Source: Octopus sinensis (lineage: Eukaryota). From it: DNA of 64,000 bases. How positions within the stretch are numbered: the stretch's first letter is position 1; every line of letters starts with the position of its first letter. Under the pieces are notes generated by a model that had not been told where the DNA came from, did not search any database, and saw only the letters and a list, made by a program, of their open reading frames with translations. Positions 12,405-23,938 of the stretch are shown here, piece by piece. The DNA lies in assembly GCF_006345805.1 (NCBI RefSeq), contig NC_043001.1, positions 107,446,001 to 107,510,000 of the forward strand, given 5' to 3'. A program made the translations under genes and the position numbers.

Positions 12405-12717
12405 ACAAAATGAGAGAAGAATGCAAAACATCCGGACAGTTAGGTGATACAAAAATGAGACAACAAAACATCCAGATAGGCGATACAAAAAAAATCAAGG
12501 AAGGGTCATTCGACGTTTTCTTTCCTCGGTCGAGTACCAGATTATCTTCGCAATTTCGGCTGATTATACTCGAGATTGCTCCAATCTGGCCAGCTCCAAG
12601 GAAAAACTAACCGAAGGGCATTAGATTCCTTGGGAGAAAGCAGCGAATGTATACAAAAACAAGGACGGAATAAAATGGACAATGTTACACAAATACAATA
12701 AGAATAATAACAGGACA
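12405..12717. mobile_element. Interspersed repeat embedded in (TA)n, probably PLE-derived
   Basis: Unique-looking block flanked both sides by (TA)n; minus strand has CAGCCGAAATTGC resembling a decayed hammerhead 3' half. Confidence 0.35.
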
Positions 12718-12731
12718 TATATATATATGTA

Positions 12732-12770
<39 letters not shown>

Positions 12771-12787
12771 TATATATTATATATATA

Positions 12788-12852
<65 letters not shown>

Positions 12853-12939
12853 TACATACACACACACTACACTCACCACACATAATGTTCTATACATCTA
12901 GCCTGTCTCGCACAAAGAATGCTACAAATATCTATGGAG

Positions 12940-13300
12940 GCATTGATGAGTTTGATGAAAATATAACATACGAAAGTGGTGTGAACAAAAATAGAATCGT
13001 ACAGGAATATTACAATAGATTTAGGAAAATATAGTCATCGGATCGCTCCTCTTACAACATGACATCATCCAGGAAACCATATAGCGGCGTCAGTTACGAA
13101 ACCAACATTTGGGATATTTGACTGTCCGTGGAAAAGTATCGTCTCCATAGGCATTAAAAGCAGCACGATCCTGACATCGACTGCAATCGTTCTCAGAGAA
13201 AGTCACATCAACAGTTTCTAACTAAGAAGAGATGGAGGAAATAAAGGCTTGAAATCAGTGCTGACAACTGTTGTATGCTGTATAGTATCTCACAGATAGC
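12940..13300 (+). pseudogene. R4/Dong-like LINE reverse transcriptase C-terminal fragment
   Basis: Degenerate VQEYYNRFRKI*S..., TFGIFD and GG..KGLKSV pieces; homologous to 37345-37500. Confidence 0.6.
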
Positions 13301-13324
13301 ACCTTCTAAAAGCAACAACAGCAG

Positions 13325-13520
13325 TGGAGGCGCAATGGCACAGTGGTTTGGGCAGCGGACTCACGATCGTAAGAACGCGGTTTCGATTCCCAGACCGGGC
13401 ATTGTGAGTGTTTATTGGGCAAAAACGTCTAAGCTCCACGTAGCTCCGGCGGGGGTGGGGTGAACCCCGCTGTACTCTTTCACCACGCTCTTTCTCTCAC
13501 TCTTTCTTCGTACTTCTGCC
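13325..13520 (+). mobile_element. tRNA-derived SINE (family C-related head, distinct body)
   Basis: GGAGGCGCAATGGCACAGTGG (A box)...GGTTTCGATTCCC (B box); body GTTTATTGGGCAAAAACGTCTAAGCTCCACG. Confidence 0.75.
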
Positions 13521-13699
13521 CCAAAGCAGAGGAACCATGGTGTAACCCACTATGGTGTGGTAAACTTTCAGATCCCGGTCTAGAATGCGAATCCTCTGTA
13601 CCCCAAGATGGTTCAGCTCTCCACCCGTTAAAGGCCATCGTTTACGGAATGAGGATAACAATGTAGCTTTCGCGAGGTAATTTAAACGAGGTAATTTCT

Positions 13700-13885
13700 A
13701 CTCTTCTCCTCTCGAAGCCATCTGCTCGCGATACCAGAGGGCGCACACTCTCCTACCCTGATGCAAACTCCATGGATACAGGCATCCAGCAACAGGACCT
13801 CCGTAATGTTATGATGGACCGTGAAGTCTGGCGTAACATGGTAAATTCCATTGTCTCAACCAGGGTCGAACAATGATGAAAATGA
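13700..13885 (+). mobile_element. RTE-like LINE 3' end
   Basis: KPSARDTRGRTLSYPD..DTGIQQQDLRNVMMDREVWRNMV then (TGA) tail; typical RTE C-terminus (..DR..WR..V). Confidence 0.65.
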
Positions 13886-13954
13886 TCTTTCGCGCCCGTG
13901 CAACCGCCAGTCTATTAGAAATTATTCTTTGTGACTAATGGCGTGAGTCCTGAT

Positions 13955-14048
13955 TGGAAGAAGATGAAGAAGAAGAAGATGAAGAAGAAGAAGAAGAAGA
14001 GGAAGAGAAGAAGAAGAAGAAGAAGAAGAAGAAGAAGAAGAAGAAGAC
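13955..14048. repeat. (GAA)n purine tract
   Basis: Direct reading. Confidence 0.9.
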
Positions 14049-14402
14049 AACAGCAGCAACAATGAATATATATATATAAAGCCAGCGGTGAAAACGAAGA
14101 GAACAAGAACCAACGATATTCGGCAGTAAGTACAGTTTTCCTCACGACCCATCCTACAACCACAAAACAACGGACTAATAGCTGGACAAACCAGCTGGAA
14201 TACTAAACCCCAAAAAGATGTGAACCGCTCAACTTAGAATGTGAAACGCTCAGCATGCGAAAAACGACTATACCTAGGTATGTTTCCTGAAGACTTGAAG
14301 ATGACAGTACTATCGACATAATAGTGCGACCGCTACATCACGTCATACGTCGAAGCTAAGTGTTTGCTATCCAAGAGCGGGAAATTTCTACAAAATACCC
14401 TT

Positions 14403-15003
14403 TTTTGAGCCTTCAGATTTTAATATGCTAAATCACTGGTTTTAAATTGATATTAATCAAATTAATATTCAATTTTTCACCCTCATTTTAAATTTGTATG
14501 TACTCTAACCGGCATAAATCACTGCGGAGAATTATTTTCTGCAGAATTATTTCCGGTATTTTAGCGCGCCAAAACTAGAACTTTTGAAAAATAACCCCAA
14601 GTGTAAAAGTAGAACTATATACATGTCCAATCTCATGCGGACGTCTCGTGTATAGTTCTGCGAATTATATTTACAATGACGATCATGCTGAGGAGCTACG
14701 GAAAAATTGCGTAAGTAAAAATTACGTAAATGTTGATAGCGAAACATGTCCATGATTAATCTATATTTTTGTTATTTCTCATTTGTCTTGCTCGATTAGG
14801 TTCTGAATTTTCTTGAGAACATTTTTTAGTGTTGATACCATAGCGGATCTACTTCTAGCATAAGGGTTGTCCACGTTGTGGTCACCCCTCTTATATATAT
14901 GTAATATAATTTTCTGAACCTTCAGATTTAAATATGCTTGACCACTGGTTTTAAATTGATATGAATCAAATTAATATTCAATTTTCACCCTCATTTTAAA
15001 TTT
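14403..15003. mobile_element. PLE/retrozyme-like element with ~95-bp terminal direct repeats (14403-14497, 14912-15003)
   Basis: Two near-identical copies of CCTTCAGATTT..AATATTCAATTTTCACCCTCATTTTAAATTT ~509 bp apart; internal hammerhead; abuts (TA)n. Confidence 0.6.
14681..14757 (+). ncRNA. Type I hammerhead ribozyme, intact core
   Basis: GATCATG CTGAGGA GCTA [38 nt with inner hairpin] TAGC GAAA CATG TC CATGATT: stem I 6-7 bp, G-C closing stem II, palindromic stem III ACATGT, GUC cleavage triplet at 14748-14750. Confidence 0.75.
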
Positions 15004-15051
15004 TATATATATATATATATATAGATATATATATATATATATTATATATAT

Positions 15052-15104
<53 letters not shown>

Positions 15105-15109
15105 GGTGT

Positions 15110-15260
15110 GTGTGTGTGCCTTGGTTTTTTTTTTCTTTTGTCCCCGTAATCCAACGGTTCGGCGAAAGAGACGGATGGAATAAGTAGTGGTCTTTCAAAA
15201 ATAAGTCTTGGGGTCGTAGTTAAATGATTGAAACATGAATAAAACAAGTAAAAGATAAAA
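15110..15260 (+). mobile_element. SINE family A tail fragment
   Basis: CCCCGTAA..CGGTTCGGCGAAAGAGAC..AATAAGT..TGATTGAAAC..AAGTAAAAG. Confidence 0.7.
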
Positions 15261-15577
15261 AGAAAATTTGTTACTATCTTTAACGAGAAATAATGATAGT
15301 GAAAGAGACAGAAAGAGAAGATGAGAAAGAGAGAGATGAGGAGAGAGAAAGAGAGGGTATAGAGAGAAATAAAAAGGCAGCGAAAGATGACGCAGAATTA
15401 TTAATGTGTGAGAAATGATTTCAACTAAAAGGTGAATGTTTTATGAGACAAATTACCTGTAACTCGTTTCCGATTCTTAGAATAGTTGTGGTTTTTTCAC
15501 TTGGGAAGCACATTAAATCTTTCGTAATTTAACGCTCTCATTTATCATAAATCTGATTTATTATTATTATTATTATA

Positions 15578-15605
<28 letters not shown>

Positions 15606-15610
<5 letters not shown>

Positions 15611-15955
15611 TAGTCTTATTTTTATAGCGTGCTTTCACTTCACTACCGAGCGCAGCTCTGTGTGCCTTGGGTATGTGCTGTGATTTGTTGTGATGCTCTG
15701 ATGGTTATTGTATGGAAAGTGTTCTGCGTAGGATGTGTGCAGTGCCTAGTAGTGCAATTTTCTGTATGTTATATGTGTTTGTAAGTCCTGGTGTTTTTGT
15801 TATGTATTTATCTGAATATTTTTTTATTATGCCTAATGCACCTACTATGATAGGAATTGTTTCTGTTTTCAGGTTCCACATTCTAGTTACCTCTATTTCC
15901 AGGTCTTTGTATTTTGAGAGTTTCTCCATTTCTTTTAGAGACACGTTGTCATCTG
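15606..15955 (-). mobile_element. R4/Dong-like LINE 3' end (restriction-like endonuclease C-terminus plus 3'UTR) inside (TAA)n
   Basis: EKLSKYKDLEIEVTRMWNLKTETIPIIVGALG...IQKIALLGTAHILRR; (TTA)n on both flanks. Confidence 0.85.
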
Positions 15956-15957
15956 CC

Positions 15958-16004
<47 letters not shown>

Positions 16005-16044
16005 TATTATTATTATTATTATTATTACTATTATTATTATTATA

Positions 16045-16265
16045 AGTCGGCAAAAGGCGGTGAGCTGGGCGAATCGTTAGCACGCTGGGCGAAATGCTTA
16101 GCGATATATGTCTGCCGTTACGATCTGAGTTCAAATTCCGCCGAGGTCGACTTTGCCTTTCATCCTTTCGGGTTCGATTAAATAAGTATCAGTTGTGTCC
16201 TGGGGCCGATGTAATCGACTCATACTCTCCCCCAAAACTGCTGCCCTTGTGGCAAAATTTCAAAC

Positions 16266-16335
<70 letters not shown>

Positions 16336-16552
16336 AGTCAGCAAAAAGCAGCGAGCTGGCTGAAATGTTTAGCGGTTTTTCGCCCGTTGCTACGTTCTGT
16401 GTTCAAATTCTACCGTGGTCGACTCTGCCTGTTTTCCTTTCGGGGTCGATGAAATAAGTACCGGCTGGAGTACTGGGGTCGATGTTATCGACTTATCCCT
16501 TCCCCAAATTTCAGGCCCTGTGCATATAGTAGAAAGGATTATAAATCGGCAA
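16045..16552 (+). mobile_element. Two copies of SINE family B (Meta-like domain) separated by (TTA)n
   Basis: AAGGCGGTGAGCTGG..GAGTTCAAATTCCGCCGAGGTCGACTTTGCCTTTCATCCTTTCGGG..AAGTACC at 16045-16265 and 16336-16552. Confidence 0.85.
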
Positions 16553-16899
16553 GAAACCATACAATTTGAGTGCAAAATAATTCCTTCTGTGATATTTTAC
16601 AGGCAGGCATCAATTTGGGACAGAATCTATTTTTAAAAAGTAACATGGTGTCTGATACAGACTGTGCATATGTATTTGTGTGGTGAAGGTGTGTGGTTTG
16701 GTAGTTAGAGCAGGCTTGCCGAACGTATTTAGATGAAAGTACCAGATTTAACAAAATAAAAGTATCAAATTTTTCTTAAAATGTACCAAAATGTAAATTT
16801 GTAATATTTTGTCTATAAATCAACTGAAATGCATAATATATATTACTTATAATATAATGGCTTTGTTTTAAAGTGACCTACACATATTTAATGTACTTC

Positions 16900-17430
16900 A
16901 TAATTACAAGGTTGCATCGTCAACAGAGTGAGGTTCCTTGTTGTACCGATGTCCTTGTCCTTCTTTTAATTTAACACAAAGCTCTGCATCGGGTGTATAA
17001 GTTGTGCAGTTGACATCACGAAGAAGACTTTTGGGATGTAGCAGAGCATTAATTGTTTGGATATGCAGTTTAGACCTATTCTTGAGTTTAATGTTATCTA
17101 GGACTGAAAATATTCTCTCGGCTGTAGCTGAAGAATGTAGTAATGATAGGAGCTGAAACATAAAGCATGATGGGACCGGATAACGAGCTTCATCTCCACA
17201 TTTTGCCTTAGAAATTCTATGTCAATAATCTTCTGGTTTGGTAGCTTCAGTTATGTCATTGTTTTCTTGAAGTTTGAATTATCTCCATTCTTTATGAAGA
17301 GCTTTACTCTGACTCTCCAGAACAATATTTGGAAATTTGCATGCCAGAGGAACAATAGAACCTAGACTATTGCAATCACGAATACTAACTGGGTCTAGTG
17401 CCTCTAGAAGCTCTAAATGTACTGGAGGTC
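16900..17430 (-). pseudogene. hAT transposase dimerisation-domain fragment
   Basis: LLSLLHSSATAERIFSVLDNIKLKNRSKLHIQTINALL matches the hAT S/P.SS..AER.FS....K...R..L motif; upstream sequence decayed. Confidence 0.8.
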
Positions 17431-17736
17431 CTGGAATTTTAAAACTAATCTAACATGTTTGCGTGTTCACTGACTTTAAGGATAATTGCAGTTATTAAAA
17501 GTGTTTCATTTCAGTATAGCATACATATAATATCCTACTCTCTTTATATTTAGTGTCCCCTCAAAAAAGAAGAGAGAAAAGAAAAAAAAAAAACAATTTG
17601 TGTTCCAGTGAAAATTCTTTGCATTGATAAGAAATCACTGACGTAGTTTGTTACAATTTGTAGAAAATGTGGCGCTTATGTCCCTTTCGGTCTCGAGACT
17701 GATCAGATCAGTAACTTTGCTGTTAACATTTTTAAA

Positions 17737-17970
17737 ACCGAGCCAGGCTCATGGGCCCGGTTTCCCGGTTTCTATGGCGTATGTGTTCCGCAGCTGGACG
17801 GGACGCCAGGCCCTCGCAGCGTTACTCATTTTTGCCAGCTGAGTGGACTGGAGCAACTTGAAATGAAGTGTTTTGCTCAAGAACACAACGCGTCGCCCGG
17901 CTCAGGAATCGAAACCACAATCTTACGATCGTGATGCTGACACCCTAACCACTAAGTCACGCGCCTCCAC
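17737..17970 (-). mobile_element. tRNA-derived SINE family C (Deu/Nin-like central motif)
   Basis: Minus: GGAGGCGCGTGACTTAGTGGTTAGGG..GGTTTCGATTCC..TGTGTTCTTGAGCAAAACACTT..GCTCCAGTCCACTCAGCTGGCAAAAATGAGT. Confidence 0.85.
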
Positions 17971-18239
17971 AAATATGATAAATATTGGCGTATTATCATT
18001 ACAATTATAGATGAATATTATCGTATTTAGTGTTACTAATTAAACTCATTAATTGCTATTAAATATTTTATCGAACGCGAACTTAAGTGTTATTTATTAT
18101 TCAAAGGGAAGTAACTGAAACGATATTTCTTTTAACCCCGTTCTGCTTAAACTGCCTTCCCCGCATTATTCTGCTTTTATGCGTCATACATATTTAGGCC
18201 AGTCAGAGTTTACTGGAATTTCACCGATTCACTTACATA

Positions 18240-19027
18240 ACATCCATCCATCCATCCATCCATCCATCCATCCATCCATCCATCCATCCATCCATCCGTC
18301 CTTCCATCCATCCACCCATTGACCTGCTTGCCTAGCCATTGGGCTGACGTCATTCGAAAGCTAGAACAATGCGCTTCGCATTGTGACCAGCGATGTATAA
18401 CGACATCCGATAGTCCGGTCGATCAAGTTATCAGGTGGCATACATACATACATACACACATACACACATACATACACACACATACATATATATACATACA
18501 TACATACATACATATGTACATACATACATACATACATACATACATACATAATACATACATACATGCATACATACATACCTACATACATAATACATACATA
18601 CATACATACATACACAATACATACATACATACATACACACACACATACATACATACATACATGCATACATACATACATACATACATGCATACATACATAC
18701 ATACATAATACATACATACATACATACATACATACGTACGTACGTACATACATACATACATACATACATACATACATACATACATACATACATACATACA
18801 TACATTGGAAGAAGGTTAGTAACTGTAACTTTATTAAAAAATCGAAAATTAGCCTTCTTCCCAAATCTATAAACAAAAGCGAAAGCGTGAATGGTATAAG
18901 ACCACGACGTGGTTTCGCAGCTAGCGACTTTCCAACAGATTCCATAGTGCCAGCCAGCCAGACTACATTACTGGCTCAAGTAACTGACCACTGTCCCGCT
19001 ACTACGTCTATGGTAAATAGCAGACAC

Positions 19028-19107
<80 letters not shown>

Positions 19108-19172
19108 TATAGTTAGATTGATAGGTAGGTTGGTAGGTAGGTAGGTAGGTAGGTAGGTTGGTAGATAGATAT

Positions 19173-19229
<57 letters not shown>

Positions 19230-19252
19230 CAGACAGATAGATAGATAGATAT

Positions 19253-19305
<53 letters not shown>

Positions 19306-19328
19306 CAGACAGATAGATAGATAGATAG

Positions 19329-19362
<34 letters not shown>

Positions 19363-19461
19363 TATAGTTAGATTGATAGGTAGGTTGGTAGGTAGGTAGG
19401 TAGGTAGGTAGGTTGGTAGATAGATAGATAGATAGATAGTTAGATAGATAGATAGATAGAG

Positions 19462-19524
<63 letters not shown>

Positions 19525-19527
19525 TAT

Positions 19528-19594
<67 letters not shown>

Positions 19595-19596
19595 TA
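18240..19596. repeat. Compound microsatellite block (CATC)n, (CATA)n, (GATA)n/(GGTA)n, (TA)n with short unique inserts
   Basis: Direct reading; TAGTTAGATTGATAGGTAGGTTGG block occurs twice (~19110, ~19365). Confidence 0.9.
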
Positions 19597-20027
19597 AATT
19601 AAGCTAATTTAATCATTAATGACACAGAAACGTTGCAACGTCTAAAAGATGAATTAGGGTAAATGTTTTTAAATTTTCACCTAATTTCTGAATTACTACT
19701 ACTTGGCGGTGTGCTGTGTGAGTTATGGCTGCTCTTTCTGGTGGACGAGTGACCTGTTAGGGTCACTCCTAAATTGTTATATTTATATATTTAGTCGATG
19801 ACTATTTTCTCTTTTCCACCAGGCCGCTGTAGCGATAAATTTCTATTGAATTTTTTTGCTACCCTAAATTGACTAATGATAATTTTCTGAATAATTCTGA
19901 GATTGAATCGGCAGTTTATATTTACTGCTGATAAGTTTGGCGCGAATACGTCAGTCTTGAAAATTTTAAGACAGATATTCCGTAGGCATCGATACAGACG
20001 CCTCGTGTATATTGTCTCTCCCAGGTT

Positions 20028-20125
20028 TTTTACTGATGAAGTGTAACCTATGGTAGATTAGCTTAATTTAATTTAATTAAGCTAATTTAATCATTAATGA
20101 CACAGAAACGTTGCAACGTCTAAAA
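20028..20125 (+). ncRNA. Type I hammerhead ribozyme at array junction 1
   Basis: TTTTA CTGATGA A GTGT [long insert with 12-bp hairpin 20057-20068/20075-20086] ACAC A GAAA CGTTGCAACG TC TAAAA; stem III ACGTTGCAACGT; GUC. Confidence 0.7.
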
Positions 20126-20498
20126 GATGAATTAGGGTAAATGTTTTTAAATTTTCACCTAATTTCTGAATTACTACTACTTGGCGGTGTGAGTTATGGC
20201 TGCTCTTTCTGGTGGACGAGTGACCTGTTAGGGTCACTCCTAAATTGTTATATTTATATATTTGTCGATGACTATTTTCTCTTTTCCACCAGGCCGCTGG
20301 TAGCGATAAATTTCTATTGAATTTTTTTGCTACCCTAAATTGACTAATTGATAATTTTCTGAATAATTCTGAGATGAATCGGCAGTTTATATTTACTGCT
20401 GATAAGTTTGGCGCGAATACGTCAGTCTTGAAAATTTTAAGACAGATATTCCGTAGGCATCGATACAGACGCCTCGTGTATATTGTCTCTCCCAGGTT

Positions 20499-20595
20499 TT
20501 TTACTGATGAAGTGTAACCTATGGTAGATTAGCTTAATTTAATTTAATTAAGCTAATTAATCATTAATGACACAGAAACGTTGCAACGTCTAAAA
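20499..20595 (+). ncRNA. Type I hammerhead ribozyme at array junction 2
   Basis: Same motif; CTGATGA at 20504-20510, cleavage C at 20590. Confidence 0.7.
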
Positions 20596-20789
20596 GATGA
20601 ATTAGGGTAAATGTTTTTAAATTTTCACCTAATTTCTGAATTACTACTACTTGGCGGTGTGAGTTATGGCTGCTCTTTCTGGTGGACGAGTGACCTGTTA
20701 GGGTCACTCCTAAATTGTATATATATATATATATATAGATAGATAGATATATAGATAGATAGATATATAGATAGATAGATAGATAGATA

Positions 20790-22236
20790 TGTTTCTTTAT
20801 TAGCCACACAGGGCTGCACACAGATAGAACAAATTACAAGGTAGAGCTTTTCTTTTGAAGGTATTAACAAAAAAAAAAAAAAAAAAAAAAAAAAAAGGAA
20901 GGGGGGGTTCGATCAAAAGGGATCGTAAAAGGAGAGAAAGAGGACAAAAATAAGGGGGGTTAAAAAAAAAAAAAAAAAAAAAAGGGGGGGAGAGGAAAAA
21001 AATGATCAATAGGGATCGTTATCACAGAATGTCAATATGAAGTGTAAAGGGGAGGACAGGTGAGGTTTACCCGTGGAAAGAAAAGCCTGCGAAAAGACCA
21101 CGGTAACCTCGGTCAATGAAGTCACATTTATATTTCTTTTTTTTTTTTTTTTTTTTTTTTTGCAAATAAGCAACTCTCTGTTTCGATTCTGGGTTCATAG
21201 GACTATGCTCAAGGTGGCTTCGTCATTCATACATGCCATTCTTGCTACATTCACCCATCTTTTTTAAAACATTCGCTAGACAAAACTTGCCTCTCTACTC
21301 TCACTTTCCTTTTCAAGTGGTACTTGAAGAAGTTGATGAGAGATTGACCAGAGAGGAAAGTGTTTGTCTCCAATCCTTTCAGACGCGTCCACTAGATACA
21401 TTCTTTCGCCATAGCCACAAGGATGATGAAAATAGCTCTTCCTTCCCGTTTGAAGGAAGGAGGCGTGACAATATTGACGATAGACTCGGCTGTGTAACCG
21501 ACTCGTCCCACACGTGACAGCAGTTGTTCGACATAAGCCCACAGTTCGGAAATATTTGGACACTGCACGAGTTTGTGCAGAACGGTTTCGTCACTCTGAC
21601 CGCATCTCGGGCAGGTCGGCCCCGTGTTTCTCGAGCCGTGTCTGTAGAGCTTATCCCGAACGGGTAGCGCTTCTCGGTAGCACTGCCAGGCCAGGGATCT
21701 CTGGAAGTTGTCCATGGGCCCTGGCCCGAAAGTCGTCCCGAACAGGCGGGTCAGGTACTCCTCGTCGACGTCCAGGTTCGCCCCGAGCTCGTCGTCGTAC
21801 CTCCCCTCCACTAAACCCCTATAGAATGCTTTGGTTGTGTTGAAGTCACTTAAGGTCGACCCAGGACGGCAGAGTTGCTTGAGAGCAATGCGACACTCGC
21901 GGTGCCATTCGCCCTCCTCGGCCTCTTTTTGATCCACGACTGCAGTTCGGTCATGGAGACGAGCTGCGGGAAAGCGTGCCTCACAAACGGCGACCACACC
22001 TGTTCACCGTCGTCTACATAGAGCCAGAGATGTCGCAGTCTCAGCGCGTGTCTGCGCATCATCAACCACGGCATGCCCAGCCCTCCTTTTAAAGGGGTGT
22101 TGACAGCAAATGGATCGCCTGACCATCGGGACGCATCCTTTCCACAAGAAGCGAAAGAGGATGCGTTTTTGTAGTTTGTGATGGTGGGTCGGGACAAGGT
22201 ACGACGGGCAGGCGGTAGTAGATGACGGACGCGATG
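20790..22236 (-). mobile_element. 5'-truncated L1/Tx1-clade LINE inserted in (GATA)n
   Basis: YIASVIYYRLPVVPCP..., PLKGGLGMPWL, zinc-knuckle TCPRCGQSDETVLHKLVQC; frameshifts; 3'UTR ending AATAAAGAAAC then (ATCT)n; (GATA)n on both flanks. Confidence 0.9.
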
Positions 22237-22239
22237 TAC

Positions 22240-22276
<37 letters not shown>

Positions 22277-23057
22277 TTGACGGAGGACACATAATGAACA
22301 AGTGTTCTACACACTCGAAGCACTCCTAGTTAGTGTTTCAGGTGTGTTTTGTTAAAAATGTCTTCGGTAAACAGATTATTCACACAATTTGGTTTATCTG
22401 CTTTGAATTTACGACATTCGGACTGAGAAACCAATTACAAGGGAGAGAACGCCAATTGACATTTTCTTTAGTGTGTGTGTGGACGTGTGGGTTATAGACG
22501 GATAAATGAATTTAATACCAGCCAGTTTATAGTTATGTCCCTTGCACCATTCTGCTTTAGTTCGATTTTCACTAAAATTGTCTTATTCCATTTAACAGTT
22601 CCCACTTTTGTAAATTTATTGCATTAATTTACAAATGGAGAATCCACCCTGTAAAAGACAACTCGTACTGTTTAATGCTAAGAATGTATATATTTCATTG
22701 TTTTTGTCGTTATTATCTTGACATTTACAACCCAATGCATACCCTGGTTGGTTTCCATCGCATTGTGATGCGCCGTCTATATTAACCACTTTCTTTCTTT
22801 CTTTCTTTCTTTTTCTCTTCTTTCTTACTTACTTTCTTTCTTTCTTTCTTTTTCTTTTGAAGATTTTCTGAGGATTTAGTTTGAAAGTGATTCGGTTGCT
22901 ATATTATTCAGGTCGAGCGAGTGTATATTCCCTTGAAAATGAATGTTAATGCGTACGCTTGAATATGCATGCTTGAATATATGCGATGTGGTTTGTATGA
23001 TGTACGTAAGTATGTATGTATGTATGTATGTATGTATGTATGTATGTATGTATATAC

Positions 23058-23119
<62 letters not shown>

Positions 23120-23149
23120 ATATATATACCTGTGAGTGTGCGTGCGTGT

Positions 23150-23660
23150 GTATGATGGGTTTCTTTCAGTTTCCCCACCAAATCCAGTCACAAGGCTTTG
23201 GTCTACCCGGATCTATACTAGAAGACACTTGCCCATAATGTCACGCAGTAGAACTGAACCAGGGAGCCCGGGACTATGTGGCTGGGGAGCAAACTGCTTG
23301 GCACACACCTACGCCCACAACAACGTATTCTTAGCTTTACAAAGAAAATGGTGACAAAGTGTTTATATATATGACCATACACTGGCGCTACACACGCACA
23401 CACGCGCGCGCGCACATGCACACATACATATACGATATGTGTGTAGGTGTTGTGTATTTATGTGCGCGTCGTTATCCCTGTATTTAGCCTCCGCCACCGC
23501 TTGACCACCCGGTTTGGTCTGTTTACATCCCCGTAACATTAGCGGTTCGACAAAAACAATCAATAGAATACATACGTCCCCCACTCCCCGAATATGTAAG
23601 TACAAGGATCGATGTTTACGCTTAAACACTTCAAGGCGGTAACCCAGCATGGCTGCAGCC
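23150..23660. mobile_element. Diverged SINE family A pieces in opposite orientations
   Basis: Head half on minus (23150-23320) and tail half on plus (~23470-23660). Confidence 0.6.
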
Positions 23661-23938
23661 TGGCCATTGCGGTTAAGAAACCTACTTTGCAACCACGTCG
23701 TTTCGGTGCGAGGTGAAAGCGTTCTTTGTGTCCGAGTTTGTCGCTCCAGCACTTGACAACCGGCATTACTTGGTTTATGTCTTCAGACTTCAGAACTTCA
23801 AGTTCGTAAGTGGATTTTTGAATCTTATCGAAAAGAATTGATGTGAGTTCCTGCCCTTGTCATCACCCGGCCTCCTTCACGACTTTCTCTCTTAAACTAC
23901 ATTATATAACGTATATGTTCCGGTATGTATAACACCGT

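Larger units (their letters stand above)
19597..20717 (+). repeat. Head-to-tail array of ~2.3 units (478 and 470 nt between GTC sites), retrozyme-like
   Basis: Three occurrences of GACACAGAAACGTTGCAACGTCTAAAAG (C at 19642, 20120, 20590); flanked both sides by (TA)n; no ORF. Confidence 0.9.

Noticed and set aside
19597-20717. CRISPR-like interpretation of the repeated GAAACGTTGCAACGTC palindrome
   Set aside because: Intervening sequences are near-identical 470-bp units, not unique spacers; eukaryotic context
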